From the human T2T-CHM13v2.0 reference genome, Homo sapiens, in assembly GCF_009914755.1 (NCBI RefSeq), contig NC_060941.1: a DNA stretch of 64,000 nt; one strand, given 5' to 3'. The position numbers and the translations under genes were made by a program. The notes under the pieces are model-generated. The model was not told the DNA's origin. It made no database searches and saw only the letters and a list, made by a program, of their open reading frames with translations. Shown here one piece after another: positions 1-14,924 of the stretch. Every line of letters starts with the position of its first letter. Position 1 is the first letter of the stretch.

Positions 1-304
<304 letters not shown>

Positions 305-379
305 CTAACCCAGGGCAAACTTCCGTTCGCACCAGTAAACCAAGATTTATATATATGTAAATTTATATATGTAAATGTA

Positions 380-700
380 CTAATTCATTCAGCAATTATG
401 TATTGAAATTCTGTTATGTGCCAGGCAGTCTTCTAAGGCTACAGCCATGAGCTAAACATGAAAGTCTCTGCACTCCATGAAGTTTATATTGTAGTCATGG
501 GAGACAGAGCATAAACAAAATAGAAATGCAAATTATAATGTATATTCAGAAGTGAGAAGTACAGTGAAGAAAACTAAAGCAGGGGTTGGGGCAGAAGGGA
601 GAAAGGGAGTACTGGAGTGGAAGTTGGATTTTAAGTAGGGTAGCTGGGGAAGACCTTACTGAGGGGGTGACATTGCAAAGACTTAAATGAGCGAAGCTCC
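380..700 (-). mobile_element. L2 3' fragment
   Basis: attcattcagcaa...tatgtgccaggc and ggaagaccttactgagggggtgacatt resemble the L2 consensus. Confidence 0.6.
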
Positions 701-888
701 TGGAAAATTGTGTTGTAATATTGTGAAAGTCCTGGTGTTGCCTCAGTTCTGCAGCTAAGCGAGGGGGACATAAAGCGCTTGAGGGGTAGGAATCATCTCG
801 CTGAGTCAAGGTGAAGCTGGGACCAGACCGTGGTGACGCTGATACCTGTCATCTGCCCCTGCTTCTCTGCTACAAAAGGCATTTCCTT

Positions 889-1187
<299 letters not shown>

Positions 1188-1210
1188 TCATTTTCTTGTC
1201 TTTGGTCGTT

Positions 1211-1242
1211 CAGTATCTCTTCTCTGCTTCTGTATTTCCTAG
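1211..1242 (+). promoter_or_regulatory. YPEL2: 3' splice acceptor of YPEL2 last exon
   Basis: tatctcttctctgcttctgtatttcctAG directly before in-frame coding sequence. Confidence 0.9.
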
Positions 1243-1332
1243 GAACATGCTTTTGAAAGCAGCCAGAAATATAAAGAAGGCAAATACATCATTGAACTAG
1301 CACACATGATCAAGGACAATGGCTGGGACTGA
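1243..1332 (+). CDS. YPEL2: Last coding exon of yippee-like 2 (C-terminal 29 aa + stop)
   Basis: Polypyrimidine tract and AG acceptor (1241-1242), then GAA CAT GCT...GGC TGG GAC TGA = [29 protein letters not shown]. This is the YPEL-family C-terminus. As I recall the paralogs, EHAF + KYIIELAH + GWD fits YPEL2 rather than YPEL1/3/4. Confidence 0.93.
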   Translation, partial: EHAFESSQKYKEGKYIIELAHMIKDNGWD

Positions 1333-4300
1333 TTGGACAGCATCTACCCAACCCAGTGTCCACGTGAACGCCATTCAACCGAACATTCTTCCCAAGCGTG
1401 AGAGAGTGACTGACACTTGGTTCCATCCATTTAGGGGCCTTGCCATCCGGGGCATCCTCCCACCCTGACGCCATCTTTCTGGTGACCGGCCTCTAAATCG
1501 CTGTCTCTCTGTCTCTTTGCTTTGTATCTGTTTGTGAGTTGATCCTGGCTTCTCTCTCTGTTCTAGTTTTGGCTGAAAACAAAACAACAAAAGGAACAGA
1601 TCCTTGACCGCATGGCGGCAGCCCACCTTGGTAAGGGCCCCAGGGCCCATGCGAGAGCTGCCTGATGGCCTCTTGTCAGGAGAGCAGTGGCACGGGGGCG
1701 TGAAGAAGAGGGAAAGGGGAAACTCTAAGGGTCCTGGCGCGGGGAAGGGGTGGAAGGGTGGAGGTAGGAACAAAATTGCGCCGCTCCTGGAGACCTGATA
1801 ACTTAGGCTTGAAATAATTGACTTGTCTAAAAGGACAAAGAGAAAAAAAAAATACCTCATGACTGCATTCTCTCTGACTAGAAGCTTCTGTTCCTGACAC
1901 CAAATGTGCCAGGTTAGCAAATGAGCACAAGATGTGGCCCTGATTCTAGTTGGTGGGGCAAGGGCCTGGTTCTCCTGGGCTGAGTGGGGGAGTGTCCTGG
2001 CAGCAGCGAGTGACCTGGGCAGTGGCCAGGTGGGTGCGATGACTCTGATGCCTCACTCAGTCTCTGGGCAATCATCATCTTTGCCTCTAGCCACCGTAGA
2101 TAAGGTGTGAAGGGACTGCTGTTTGCAATGGGCTTACCATCCAAATATCCCAAAGGCTTTGACCAGCAACCAAGTAAAATCAGTAATTGAGGAGAGCAGG
2201 GCACAAAGGGGCTGCAGTTTGGGAGCTCCTGAAGAAATGGCTCAGATATTGAGTCAGAGAAATAAAAAGTAGGATCAGTTAGCAATTCTAACTGCCCTTC
2301 CTTCTGACCCCTCATAAGAGGAGTGTGGTGAGGGAGGGGACTGGGTAGGGGTCATCCCAGGAGGAGGGGTTTACATTGGAACCAGTTCAGGTTCGGTGCA
2401 TCTTTCCTCTTCGGTTTTACAGTGGCTTCCGTGGGATCGTCAATTTCTTGTTCTTAGAGTTTCGGGTGTTTTTCTCCAGTCTTGTTACTGTAGACTGTAG
2501 AAAGCACGGGCCCCAGGCTCTGAGCTTAGTAATAACCTGGCTGGTAGATTCCTCATGCCCCTAATTGTCCCACTTAGGCCTGAATGTCTTGCATGGAGAG
2601 AAATCTCCTGTCAGTGTGGTCCAGCAGCAGGGAGGAGTTCTGCCCAAATTCCGATATCACCCCTTCCCCCATCCAAACATCCTTCGATTAGGGAAGTGGA
2701 GAGCACATCCCTGTAAGGCCCATAAGAGAAAGAGGAGTTTGTTACATTTAATCAACACTGTGAAGTCTGTTCTACAGCAATTCAGCCATTACACAGTATA
2801 TGACTGAAACTCATTTAACTGGGTTAATTTCATTTCTTAGACTGAATATATTATTGTTAAGATACGTGTGCGTGTTAGGTAATTCTCAGCATCTCCTCCA
2901 AGTAGGCCGACCTTCTCGGAAAATTCACCCTAAAAGTCTCACAAAAGAATGAGTTCATGGGGAGATTCTGTAAAGTGATGAACTGAGATGAAAGCAGCCA
3001 ACAGCCCAGGAGCTTTTCAGAATAGCGTCTGCAGCAGAACCAGTTTCCATTCAGAGCGCGTCCTTGGTGGAAATGCTTTTTTGTGTGTCTCCACGCGCTG
3101 ATGGTGGAATGGGAGCCCCAAGACGTGTGGGCTTAGAAATCAACTTTTGTTCCCCAAGGCTTCTTGTCCAGATCTTTCCAGTGCTTTCATAGCCCTGGGA
3201 GATCAAGTTGTTCTCCCCACTTTACTGCAAGGTAGACTGAAGTTCAGAAGAAATACTGAATTTCTGCTCCCAGAAGAATAGTTTCTCTGGCTCACAGGCC
3301 CAAGTTCTCAATGAAATCGTTTTTTAACTTTCACATTCCTAAGCTGGCTTCCCGGCACAGAAGCCATGGATTTCCCCTCTCTCCCTTCCCCCTCCTCAAG
3401 GAAATAGTCTTCCTTTATGGATTTTCATTGGACCCTTTCCTCAGCGATTGTCCTGGCTGTTTATTGATAGTCCTTCCCACAAGAAAATGGGGTTAAACAT
3501 GGGGTAGGTATTTTGTCTTTCAAACTACAAATGGAATGTGGTGACATAAACTAGACATGGGGTGCCCTCAAGTTTCCAAGGGGACCAATGTGCCACTGTT
3601 CTTCCTTGGGGATGAGGCCTTTGACTGTTGGATGGATCAGAGCAGGCTCCAGTCAGACCCTGGTTCTGAATGTTTTTTTTTTCGGTGACTATCCAGTGAG
3701 CCTTCAGTGGGTGCAAGGCGCCATACTTGCTGTGAGAGAGCTGAGTAGAGTGTTGGTTTTTCCATAACTACAGGGGGAAAAAAAGTCATTAGGCTTTCCC
3801 TTTGTGTCAGTGAAACCAAAAGTGCTTCTTACAACGTTCGCTCTGTTCATGGGTTGTCTATCTAACATTGAGCAGCATTGGAGAGGCCACAGCTGAGCTA
3901 TGGAGATGCTAAATTAACTCATGGCCTCAGTCAGTTCATTCTTTAATTTCCTCACCAAATTATTGACTTAGAGCATAACCAAAGACCTCATTCATTCACC
4001 CCAGGTGGGTTGGGGGAATTGGAGTTTGTTGGTGAAGTTTGGGGGCGGGGTGTGGGGAGTAGAGACAGGGTAAGGGGACGTGAGAAAGGAAAAGGCATGA
4101 AGTTCTATACCTCAGCCAGCAGCTGCCTTCGTTTGGAACTGAAGTCCAGCCAGCAGACTCTCTAGCTCCATCTCCCCTGTGCCACCCTAGGTCATATGAC
4201 CTTGGCCACCTTGGAGTAGACCCAGACCCCTCGGGACCCGGGACATTAGTCTCAGGCTGCTGATGGATTGATTTGACATGAACCAAACACAGCCAAACTC

Positions 4301-5875
4301 GATACCCACAAGCTGTCAGCTGAACCTGACTGAGTGTTCTTCCTGAGTTCACGAGGATAGGCTAGAGTGCATTTTTACTGGTGGATCAGTGTGTGCAAAA
4401 GAGATGACCCTTTATAAAGAGATTTTCAAGTGGATATATATAAAAGAAACAGTTGCTTGTAAAATATACTTTTGTAAATAATATTTAATTTTTTAAATAA
4501 TATATTTGGTGCTGTTTTCTCAGATCCCCTGAGAGCACTTTTTATTTTCCTTTTAAATTCTATGGTTTCCTTTGCATTTCTTGAAGTATATTTTAAGGGA
4601 AACAGTGATCACCAATACATGTTTTCAGTTTTTTTTTTTTTAAGGTCTCTATCACTTTAATCTGGATCAAGGCTTTGAAGCAATGCCTCTCTGCATTTTT
4701 TCCCCAGTGGAACAGACTCTGCAGTACATTAATCAGGTTGAGAATTGAAATATTTTCTTGCATCAGTATTGGCTAGAAAAGAAAATAAATAAAACCAAGT
4801 TAATTTAGTAGTAACAACTTACAGTGATTCTTCCTGTTGGAAGAATTTGCAACAAATCAGAATCACGTTTTTAGTTGTGCGTGTGCGCGCACACGTGTGT
4901 AAAAAGCACTTTCGATTGTGCCTCCTGTTTTCTCGAGTGGGGACACTTTAACTACAGTTTACACCTCGGGCGCATAAAGTTTTTCTTCTCTTTCTCTCTG
5001 GTTGTTTCTGTTTCTGAGTGGACCAACAGCAGCACCCACGAGGATTTGTTTTGAGTATGGAGCTGTTGCGGGTTTGCTCCTTTTTCTTGCTTTGCGTGCT
5101 CAGTTTTTACAGACTGTAAAGGAGATGTGTTGTTTGTGAAGATGGAGCAGAGTCAAATCTGTGCTTCTAACTGAGATGAGAGTGTATTAATCACGTATCG
5201 CAGGGCTCCAGCTGTTTTAGAAGCCACATCATGTTAAACATTAACTGGTTTGGATTAAAAGAACATTAATATTATAATACACATATCTTAGTGGTAAACA
5301 GCTTTTTTTTTTTAAGGTCAGATTGCCTCAGGTTTAGAAAGAGGCTGAGAAATCAAATCTTGAACACAATCAACTTACATATTTTAAAGGAATCTGCCTC
5401 AAATGAGAAAATATGCTAGTTATCTAGATAGAGGAAAGAGATATTTACTTTTTTAAAAATTAAAATAGTTATGAAATCTGGCAGAAAAGGTAAAGCCTAG
5501 AAGAAACTATGAAAGCTATTCTCATGTTACCAAATTCTATCTGCGCATATGTTTTTGTATAACATTTCGGTGACAGTGGGAGTCGGTTCCCTTTCCCAAC
5601 CTGCAGAGACTATCTTCCAATACAGAATCTGTCTATTTATGCTTGTGTTTACAAACTGTATTTGTTGGGTTTGGGTTTTTGTTTTCTTTGGTGGCATTTT
5701 TCAGGTCACTTTGCTTCTATAACAAAGGTAATTGTTTTCAAATAATTTGTCTTCACCTTTTCCTGTATTTGTACATAGTGATTCAGTATTAGAGAAAAGT
5801 GCATTGTTTCTGTCATATTTCCAATCTGTGTTGGTGCTCATTTGAGAAAATAAAAGTTTTCAAATATTAACTCTT
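1333..5875 (+). other. YPEL2: YPEL2 3'UTR (~4.5 kb, Alu-free)
   Basis: Continuous repeat-poor sequence from the stop codon to AATAAA 5849, with U-rich tracts, Pumilio elements and miRNA seed matches. The end position is approximate. Confidence 0.82.
5849..5854 (+). terminator. YPEL2: Distal polyadenylation signal AATAAA
   Basis: AATAAA with upstream UGUA motifs (5764-5773) and downstream GU/U-rich sequence (~5888-5915). Confidence 0.8.
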
Positions 5876-6514
5876 TGAAGAGCTCATCTGTCTTCGTTGA
5901 CCCAGTGTGTTTGATCTTGACATTTCATATTAAAGTATTTAAAGGCCTATCTAAATCCAGTCACAGATCTGTTGACTGAGACCCTAAGGGCTTGTTTTTC
6001 CCAAGGACAGTCAGCTAACTAATGAATAACAGCAGGTCTCCTGCTTATCTGCAAATGCTTCTCCTGGCTTTAGATATCAGAAATGCATGAGTGACCTTTA
6101 TCCAGTTCTGTGTACAAAGCCCCATATTCATAGACTCTGCAGACTTTTCTGATGACACCAATTTCTTTGGAAATAGTATTGCATGAAGTAAAGGGAAAAA
6201 AAGAAGTAAAACAACAAAATTATGTCAAAAAGGGGTGGTATCATCTCTGAATGATTGGCTAATAGAGACCAGCATTCACAGTTATAACATGGCATATCAG
6301 ATGTTCTCATTTTTATTTTATTTTTATTATCAACACATTTATTAAACATGTGTTTGATTCCAGGCACTGGGCAAGGCAGTTCTATCATCCTAATAAATAA
6401 GCTGTTTTTGTTTGCCAAGTACTTTTCATCTGGTCTGATCCATATGCACACACTGTCTTGTATATCCAGTCATTGTAAGTAAATTTTGTGAGCTGGTGCC
6501 TTCATTTAACATAA

Positions 6515-7365
<851 letters not shown>

Positions 7366-7691
7366 TCACCTACCCATTCTGGGCCCAGCTACACTTGACT
7401 TTTATTTGTCCTTCAGTATATTATCTTCTTCCAGTGACCTGTTTTGCTTCAGTGGATGTGCCTGTTATCATTTCGTTCTTGTTTGCCTTTTGCAGAGAAG
7501 GACGAGAGAAAAAGAATATGCATGAGACAACCAATGTCAAGCCATCCTTGGGTCCTCATTCTTTCAAGCTCTTGTTTACCTGCTGGGAGAAAGGGAGGGG
7601 AGAGGACACTATCCCCATTTTGTAGATAATGAAATTGAGGTTTTGCAAGGTCTCATTACTAAACCATATTCCAATTTTAGCCTTGTTAAGT

Positions 7692-7947
<256 letters not shown>

Positions 7948-9146
7948 TGACTGCTTAATAAGAGCTCAGGGAATGCAAATTAGAAAATTAAGATAAAACA
8001 GCTACAGAAGTCAATGCTACCTGGAAAGTATTATGTATTTCATAGCTCAATATTTTTACACTGGGCTTTGTTGTTGTTTTTCAGTACTCTCTAATGGATT
8101 ACATATGTAATCCTTGGCCATCTACATTAATAATAGGTGCTGAATAAATGCTTGATGGGCCTTGAATTGGATGGTGGAGAATTAACAGCTTTTAAAAAAA
8201 TCTGTTCAATCATGTCAGTATGTTTAAGAGGAGAATGGAGAAGTTAAGCATAAAATGCTTCCCACATAGGGAAATGGTTCGGTTTATTTGCATTTATTTA
8301 TCCTACAAGCATTTTTTTTGGACATCTATTATATGCCTAGTCTAGTAGGGAAACCAATCCAAGGGAGCAGAAAGCTGTGGTACTAATTTTGCAGTGTGAG
8401 AGGATGAGGGATTATTATGCAAGGTCCTCCCCACTTTGGGCCAAATGGCTCGCCACATCAGCCAGGACCCTCACACAGGACCACTGGACCCTCACAGGCA
8501 CCTACTTTCTGCTGAAGCAATTGCTCATAAAGCCTTTCATCTGAAACCAGTAAGTGGCTCGTGTCCTAGAGCGGGGCATGGGGTAGGCTCTGGAGCTAGA
8601 GCAACTGAGCTCAAATACTGATTTCCCTTAGATAATCTGTAGAAAAGGCTCAGCCCAGTGCCTGGCACAAAGTTAAGGAGTCAAGAAGATGATTGTTATC
8701 ACGCATGGCACAAGTCTATTTTGAATTGAGAGTGGGATGAAGAATATTATATTTGCTCTTTATGCACATTATTTGTTTAGTTCACACAATAATCCCCCCA
8801 TTTCACAGAAGAAGAAACTGAGGTTCAAGAAGTATAAATAGCCTGCCTGTGGAAAAGCGAGGATTTTCACTCTTGTTCTGATTCTGTGAAGCCCACACCC
8901 TATCTGTGGCCCCAGCCTGCCATGAAAATCAACCAGAAAGAAACTTCCTGGCAGATCTGAGTGTACACCAAAATGTCATGGCTATTTTGTTCACTCATGT
9001 TTTATTCTTTTTACATATAAAATGGAAATCCTGGCCTTTCAAGCATTGGAGAAACAGAGCTTAGAACTGTGGGATGGTTGGGTTGTATTATACTTTTATT
9101 TTACAGGAGTTCAGCCTTTTTGATTGTGGCACTATGCTTTTATATT

Positions 9147-9333
9147 TCTTTTCTTTTTTTTTTTTTTGGAGGCAGGGTCTCTCACTCTGGTTGCCCAGGC
9201 AGGAGTGCAGTGGCACGATCAAGGCTCACTGCAGCTTCCACCTCCCAGTCTCTCGAACTCCTGGCCTCAAGTGAGCCACCCTCCTCAGCCTCCCAAAGTG
9301 CTGGGATTACAGGCATGCACCGCCATGCCCAGC
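9147..9333 (-). mobile_element. Internally deleted/monomeric Alu
   Basis: Right-arm 3' end joined directly to left-arm 5' end. Confidence 0.75.
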
Positions 9334-9563
9334 CTTATATTTCTTTTGAGGGGAAAAAATGTTGTTTTCATTTGCTCAAAATGATTTTAAAAGATAAAAA
9401 AAATCCAGACCCTTGCCCACATGAAAATGACTAAGGTATTCTAACACATGACAACATCTTTATGGAGCCATTCAGAGGTAATTCTCCAGGGTAGCTTGGA
9501 ACAAGCCAAGGATTGAAAAAGTTCATGTTGCATATAAGGTACCTGTAATTCCCAATGATAAAG

Positions 9564-9568
<5 letters not shown>

Positions 9569-9643
<75 letters not shown>
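9569..9643. repeat. (TA)23 followed by T29 microsatellite at an Alu tail
   Basis: Read directly. Confidence 0.95.
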
Positions 9644-9914
9644 GAGACTGAGTTTTGCTCTTGTTGCCCAGGCTGGATGCAATGGTGCGATCTCGGGTCA
9701 CCGCAACCTCCACCTCCTGGGTTCATGCAGTTCTCGTGCCTTAGCCTCCCAAGTAGCTGGCATGTGCCACCACACCCGGCTAATTTTGTATTTTTAGTAG
9801 CGATAGGGTTTCTCCATGTTGGTCAGACTGGTCTTGAACTCCCAACCTCAGGTGATCCGCCCGCTTCGGCCTCCCAAAGTGCTGGGATTACAGGCGTGAG
9901 CCACCGTGCCTGGC
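9615..9914 (-). mobile_element. AluS (Sp/Sq-like)
   Basis: gctcttgttgcccag and gggtttctccatgttggtcag diagnostics. Confidence 0.88.
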
Positions 9915-9984
9915 GAGTTATATTTATTTTCAATTAAAATAATGTTAATGATGTATCCCGAGCTCATGAGCTCAGAAATCAACA

Positions 9985-10200
9985 GAGTCAAGTGGAAAGA
10001 ACCTTGGCTTTGGGGTTGGACAGATGGATTTGAAGCCTGGCTGCATGTTTACACATTTATCACTTTGAGAAAGTCACTGCAATTATGAGGTCTCGTTTCC
10101 ATCATCTGTAAATAGGGAACACCAGCAACCATGTAAGTTATCGTGAGGTCAAATATAATGACAGCCATAAAGTGCCCAGCACAAATGGGTCTCCGCAAGT
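9985..10200 (+). mobile_element. MIR
   Basis: MIR core tttccatcatctgtaaataggg...gtgaggtcaaat...gtgcccagcaca. Confidence 0.6.
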
Positions 10201-11469
10201 GTCACTTGTCTTTTTACTGATTGATTGGAACTCACTGTGGTGAACACTGTGAGCACATAGGATATGTAGGATTCAGCACTCATCCCTCTGAGCCCACCTC
10301 TACACAGGGGACTGACACCCAGAGAAGTGAAGTAATCGTGGTTACTGGGCCTAATAAGCAGCAGCCCTGTTAGGCAATGAAGCTAGTGGTCCTTGCACCA
10401 TACTGCTTGCTTTTACTTCTAGAGGAGAGTGTACGTTTATGGAAAGAAGAAAGGTAGGGGGACATCAGCTAGAAAAATCATCCTTGAATTTTACGCTAAT
10501 CCTCTCTGGTGGTCTTCAGTACAGCAAAATGCACTCATCATCCCTGCACTCTGGTCTGGCATGCAGGTAACGTGCTGGAGAGGAGGAGGCCCAATGCTGT
10601 CAAATTCACTCACCTCCCCAGCTTCCCCTGGACGTGTCTGCCTCAAATTCTGAGCCACTTCGCCAGAGCAAGGCCACGCAAGCAAAGCAACCAAGCAGTC
10701 GAATCGGGGATGTTTTATTTATGGCTTTAATAATGAAGCCTCTTGGGGAAATTTTAGTTTCCCATTCCCAGAAGCGAAAATGCGTCTACAGAATGTTCTT
10801 AAAATTTATTACTGTTTATGTTTTTTCCTACCACAGTCTTTGCACCACCTTAATAGAGTTTAAAACATCCCTTCCCAAAGTAGACAGGATGATCTGTGCT
10901 GTCATTCATTTGGCTGGTTCTTGACCAAGCCAGCACACTTAAAAATTGAAAATACAGGTTGATAATGCTGCTGCTGATGACCTAATCCTATGTTGAACCT
11001 GTTGTGGTTATTATTAAAACTGCTGCTAATTCAACAGGACCTTGTTTTGGCACTGCCCAGTTCTCAGTCACTTATTTCCAGGGCAGCTGGAAGAACTGCA
11101 CCCATATCTCTTGGAGGCACTCAGGCTTGAAGCTGTTTCCATGGAGACGAGACATACCCAAGGTTCAGATTTCATTTCGTTTTAGATCTCAATGATATTA
11201 GAAAAGAAATAGTTTACTGGCGAGAATTCTCAGCCATCTGAGAGAGGAGGCTGGAGGGAAAAGAGAGCCGCTGACCTCCTGGAGCCCTTGCTGTAGGAGG
11301 GACCGCTTTGGGAGTTTTTGTTTAACAAGGGAGAGTGGGTAGTCATCCTGCAAAGAAAAGGTCAGCGTTCTCTCAGAAGTAACTGGCATGGACTTTCTGA
11401 GTCCAGTGCATCAGACATTTCCTCTTGCCTTGGGTAAACCCAGGTTTAGCCTGAGGGAGGCTTGCTTGA

Positions 11470-11810
<341 letters not shown>

Positions 11811-11946
11811 TGGAGAATGCCTGCAAAAGACTTTTCTACCAGTGGGCATGAGACGCACAGGCATGTGGTTTAAAACTCGGGCACCAGAGTCAGACCTGGT
11901 TCTGTTGCTAGTTAGATGTGTGACCATGGATAGATCAGTTACCTTC

Positions 11947-12230
11947 CTTTTTTTTTTTTTAAGAGATAGGGTTTTGGTCTGTCACCCAGGCCACTGGAGT
12001 GCAGTGGCATTGTCATAACTCATTGCAGCCTCAATCTCCTGGGCTCAAGCTATTCATCTCGGCCTCCCAAGTAGCTGGGACTACAGGCCTGCACCACCAC
12101 ACCCGGCTAATTTTTGTATTTTTATTTTTGTAGAGATAGAGTCTCACTATGTTGCCCAGGCCTCAAATGATCCTCCCACATTGGTCTCCCAAAGTACTGG
12201 GGTTAAAGGCGTGAGCCACCACACCTGGCC
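11947..12230 (-). mobile_element. AluJ inserted in a MIR
   Basis: Reverse Alu with 15-bp TSD agatcagttaccttc (11932-11946, 12231-12245). Confidence 0.85.
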
Positions 12231-12254
12231 AGATCAGTTACCTTCTGAGACTCA

Positions 12255-12577
<323 letters not shown>

Positions 12578-12720
12578 AGTTACTGTGAGGACTAAGTGAG
12601 ATCATGCACATAGAGAAAGCCTGGCACTGTATAGCTGAAGAAATGGTCATGATTTTTGCTTCAGTAGTGTGAGGGCAAGGCATGGATTTATGTTACTCAA
12701 AGTAGAAAATGCATGTGAAA

Positions 12721-13506
<786 letters not shown>

Positions 13507-13926
13507 CATGTTCTTTCTAAACATGTTTTATTTTATATTTCTTTCCAGGGAATTTGGCAAATGCTAAATATCCCCAAAGACAATCACTCACACATTCTTT
13601 CAACAAATATTTATGAGCTAGGCTTTATGCTAGGGATAAACAGACAAGGTCTCTGCCCTTAGGGAGTTTTCTCAGTCCCCCTGGGAATGCTTATGCAAAA
13701 AGGGGAGTGGGTAGTTGCCCAGTGAAGGAAAGATCTGTGTTGCCACAGCAGTTACTGGTTGGACTAGAAAGTAAAGTTCTAGAAAGGCTTCCCATGGGCC
13801 TTGCCACCATGGCCCCTCTTCCACTGGGTCCCTGCAGCACTTGGCCCAGGCCTCTGGTATGGTCCTTATCGAGTTGTATTATCTGTGTCCCTCCCTAGCC
13901 CTTCTTTGAGGGCAGGGACCCAGACT

Positions 13927-14080
13927 CTTTTCTTTTTAGAGACAGCGTCTTGTTCTGTTGCCCAGCCTGGAATGCAGTGGCATGTTCACAGCTCACTGTG
14001 GCCTTGACCTCCTGGGCTCAAGTGATCCTCCCACCTCAGCCTCCCAGTGGGATTACAGGCGTGAGCCACTGTGCCCAGCC
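13927..14080 (-). mobile_element. Monomeric Alu (FRAM/FAM-like)
   Basis: ~150-bp Alu monomer with TSD cccagactcttt. Confidence 0.75.
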
Positions 14081-14924
14081 CAGACTCTTTCTTTACAGCT
14101 ACCCAGACTAAAGGTTCAATGAAGGGTTGCTGAAGGAATAATCAAGTGGATATACAGATGCTCAAAGAATTCTTCCTTTCAACTCTAACCCAAAAGGAAA
14201 CTCATGATATTTATTGAACATATGCGGGAGAAAGGAAAGATTACTTTAGCTTTTACCTTATTCCACTGGAAACTCTAAGGTAAATGAGAGAGAAGCTTAG
14301 AGGACGGGAAACCTAAGTAAAGCATGTAGACAGATGTTTTCTACAACCAGTGTTGGGGGGGCAAGGAAGGTCCTCAAATGGTTCCATTCAGTCCAACTTA
14401 AGTACAAGTGGTGGGAAGAATGGGGTGATTAGCAGTTACTCATGGAGTAGCAAAGCGGCAGATTTCTCCACATGGGCTATGTTGGAGAGGATGCTGAGCA
14501 AAGTCTTGGGAGCACAAACAGGAATCCCTTCAGGGGGCTGGTCAGAGGGCGGTGTGCTCTCTGTTGCCCAAAGGAAGTTCTCACAAGTAGAGCCTGGATG
14601 CAAGCAATGTATGAGCCCACGAAGTCAGAGGCTGCACAGTCAGTGAGCATGGACTGCAAAACTTTCAGCGGGGTCCCTTTAGGACCAGCCTCTTCATCTC
14701 CAGGCCCCACTAATCTCTCTTATTCCTTGTTCTTTGCTCTAGGGAATCTCTTTCCTTTCCTTTCAAGTGAGAGATGGAGGTGGGAAAATATGGCTTTCTT
14801 TTATGGTGTTTTCTCCCAAATACTTTGCCCTTACTGAGAATCTTCTTTTTTTTTCTTTTTTTTTTTCTTACCCTTGATGGCCTAGGATTATGAAACTCAA
14901 GAGCCAGAGAGATAGATACACATA

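Noticed and set aside
1330-1340. Stop-codon read-through or selenocysteine at the YPEL2 TGA
   Set aside because: Context is TGA-TTGG, not TGA-CTAG. No SECIS-like element recognised, and the stop matches the known family C-terminus.
1375-1920. 181-aa minus-strand ORF (longest in the track)
   Set aside because: Antisense to the YPEL2 3'UTR, low-complexity composition, no recognisable domain, no promoter or splice support.
5024-5078. Possible pseudoknot/hairpin pairings (caacagc/gctgttg) in the 3'UTR
   Set aside because: Stems of 7 bp or less arise by chance; cannot be assessed without folding and covariation analysis.
14350-14837. Overlapping ORFs in unique sequence (possible processed pseudogene)
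   Set aside because: No recognisable protein similarity, polyA remnant or TSD.
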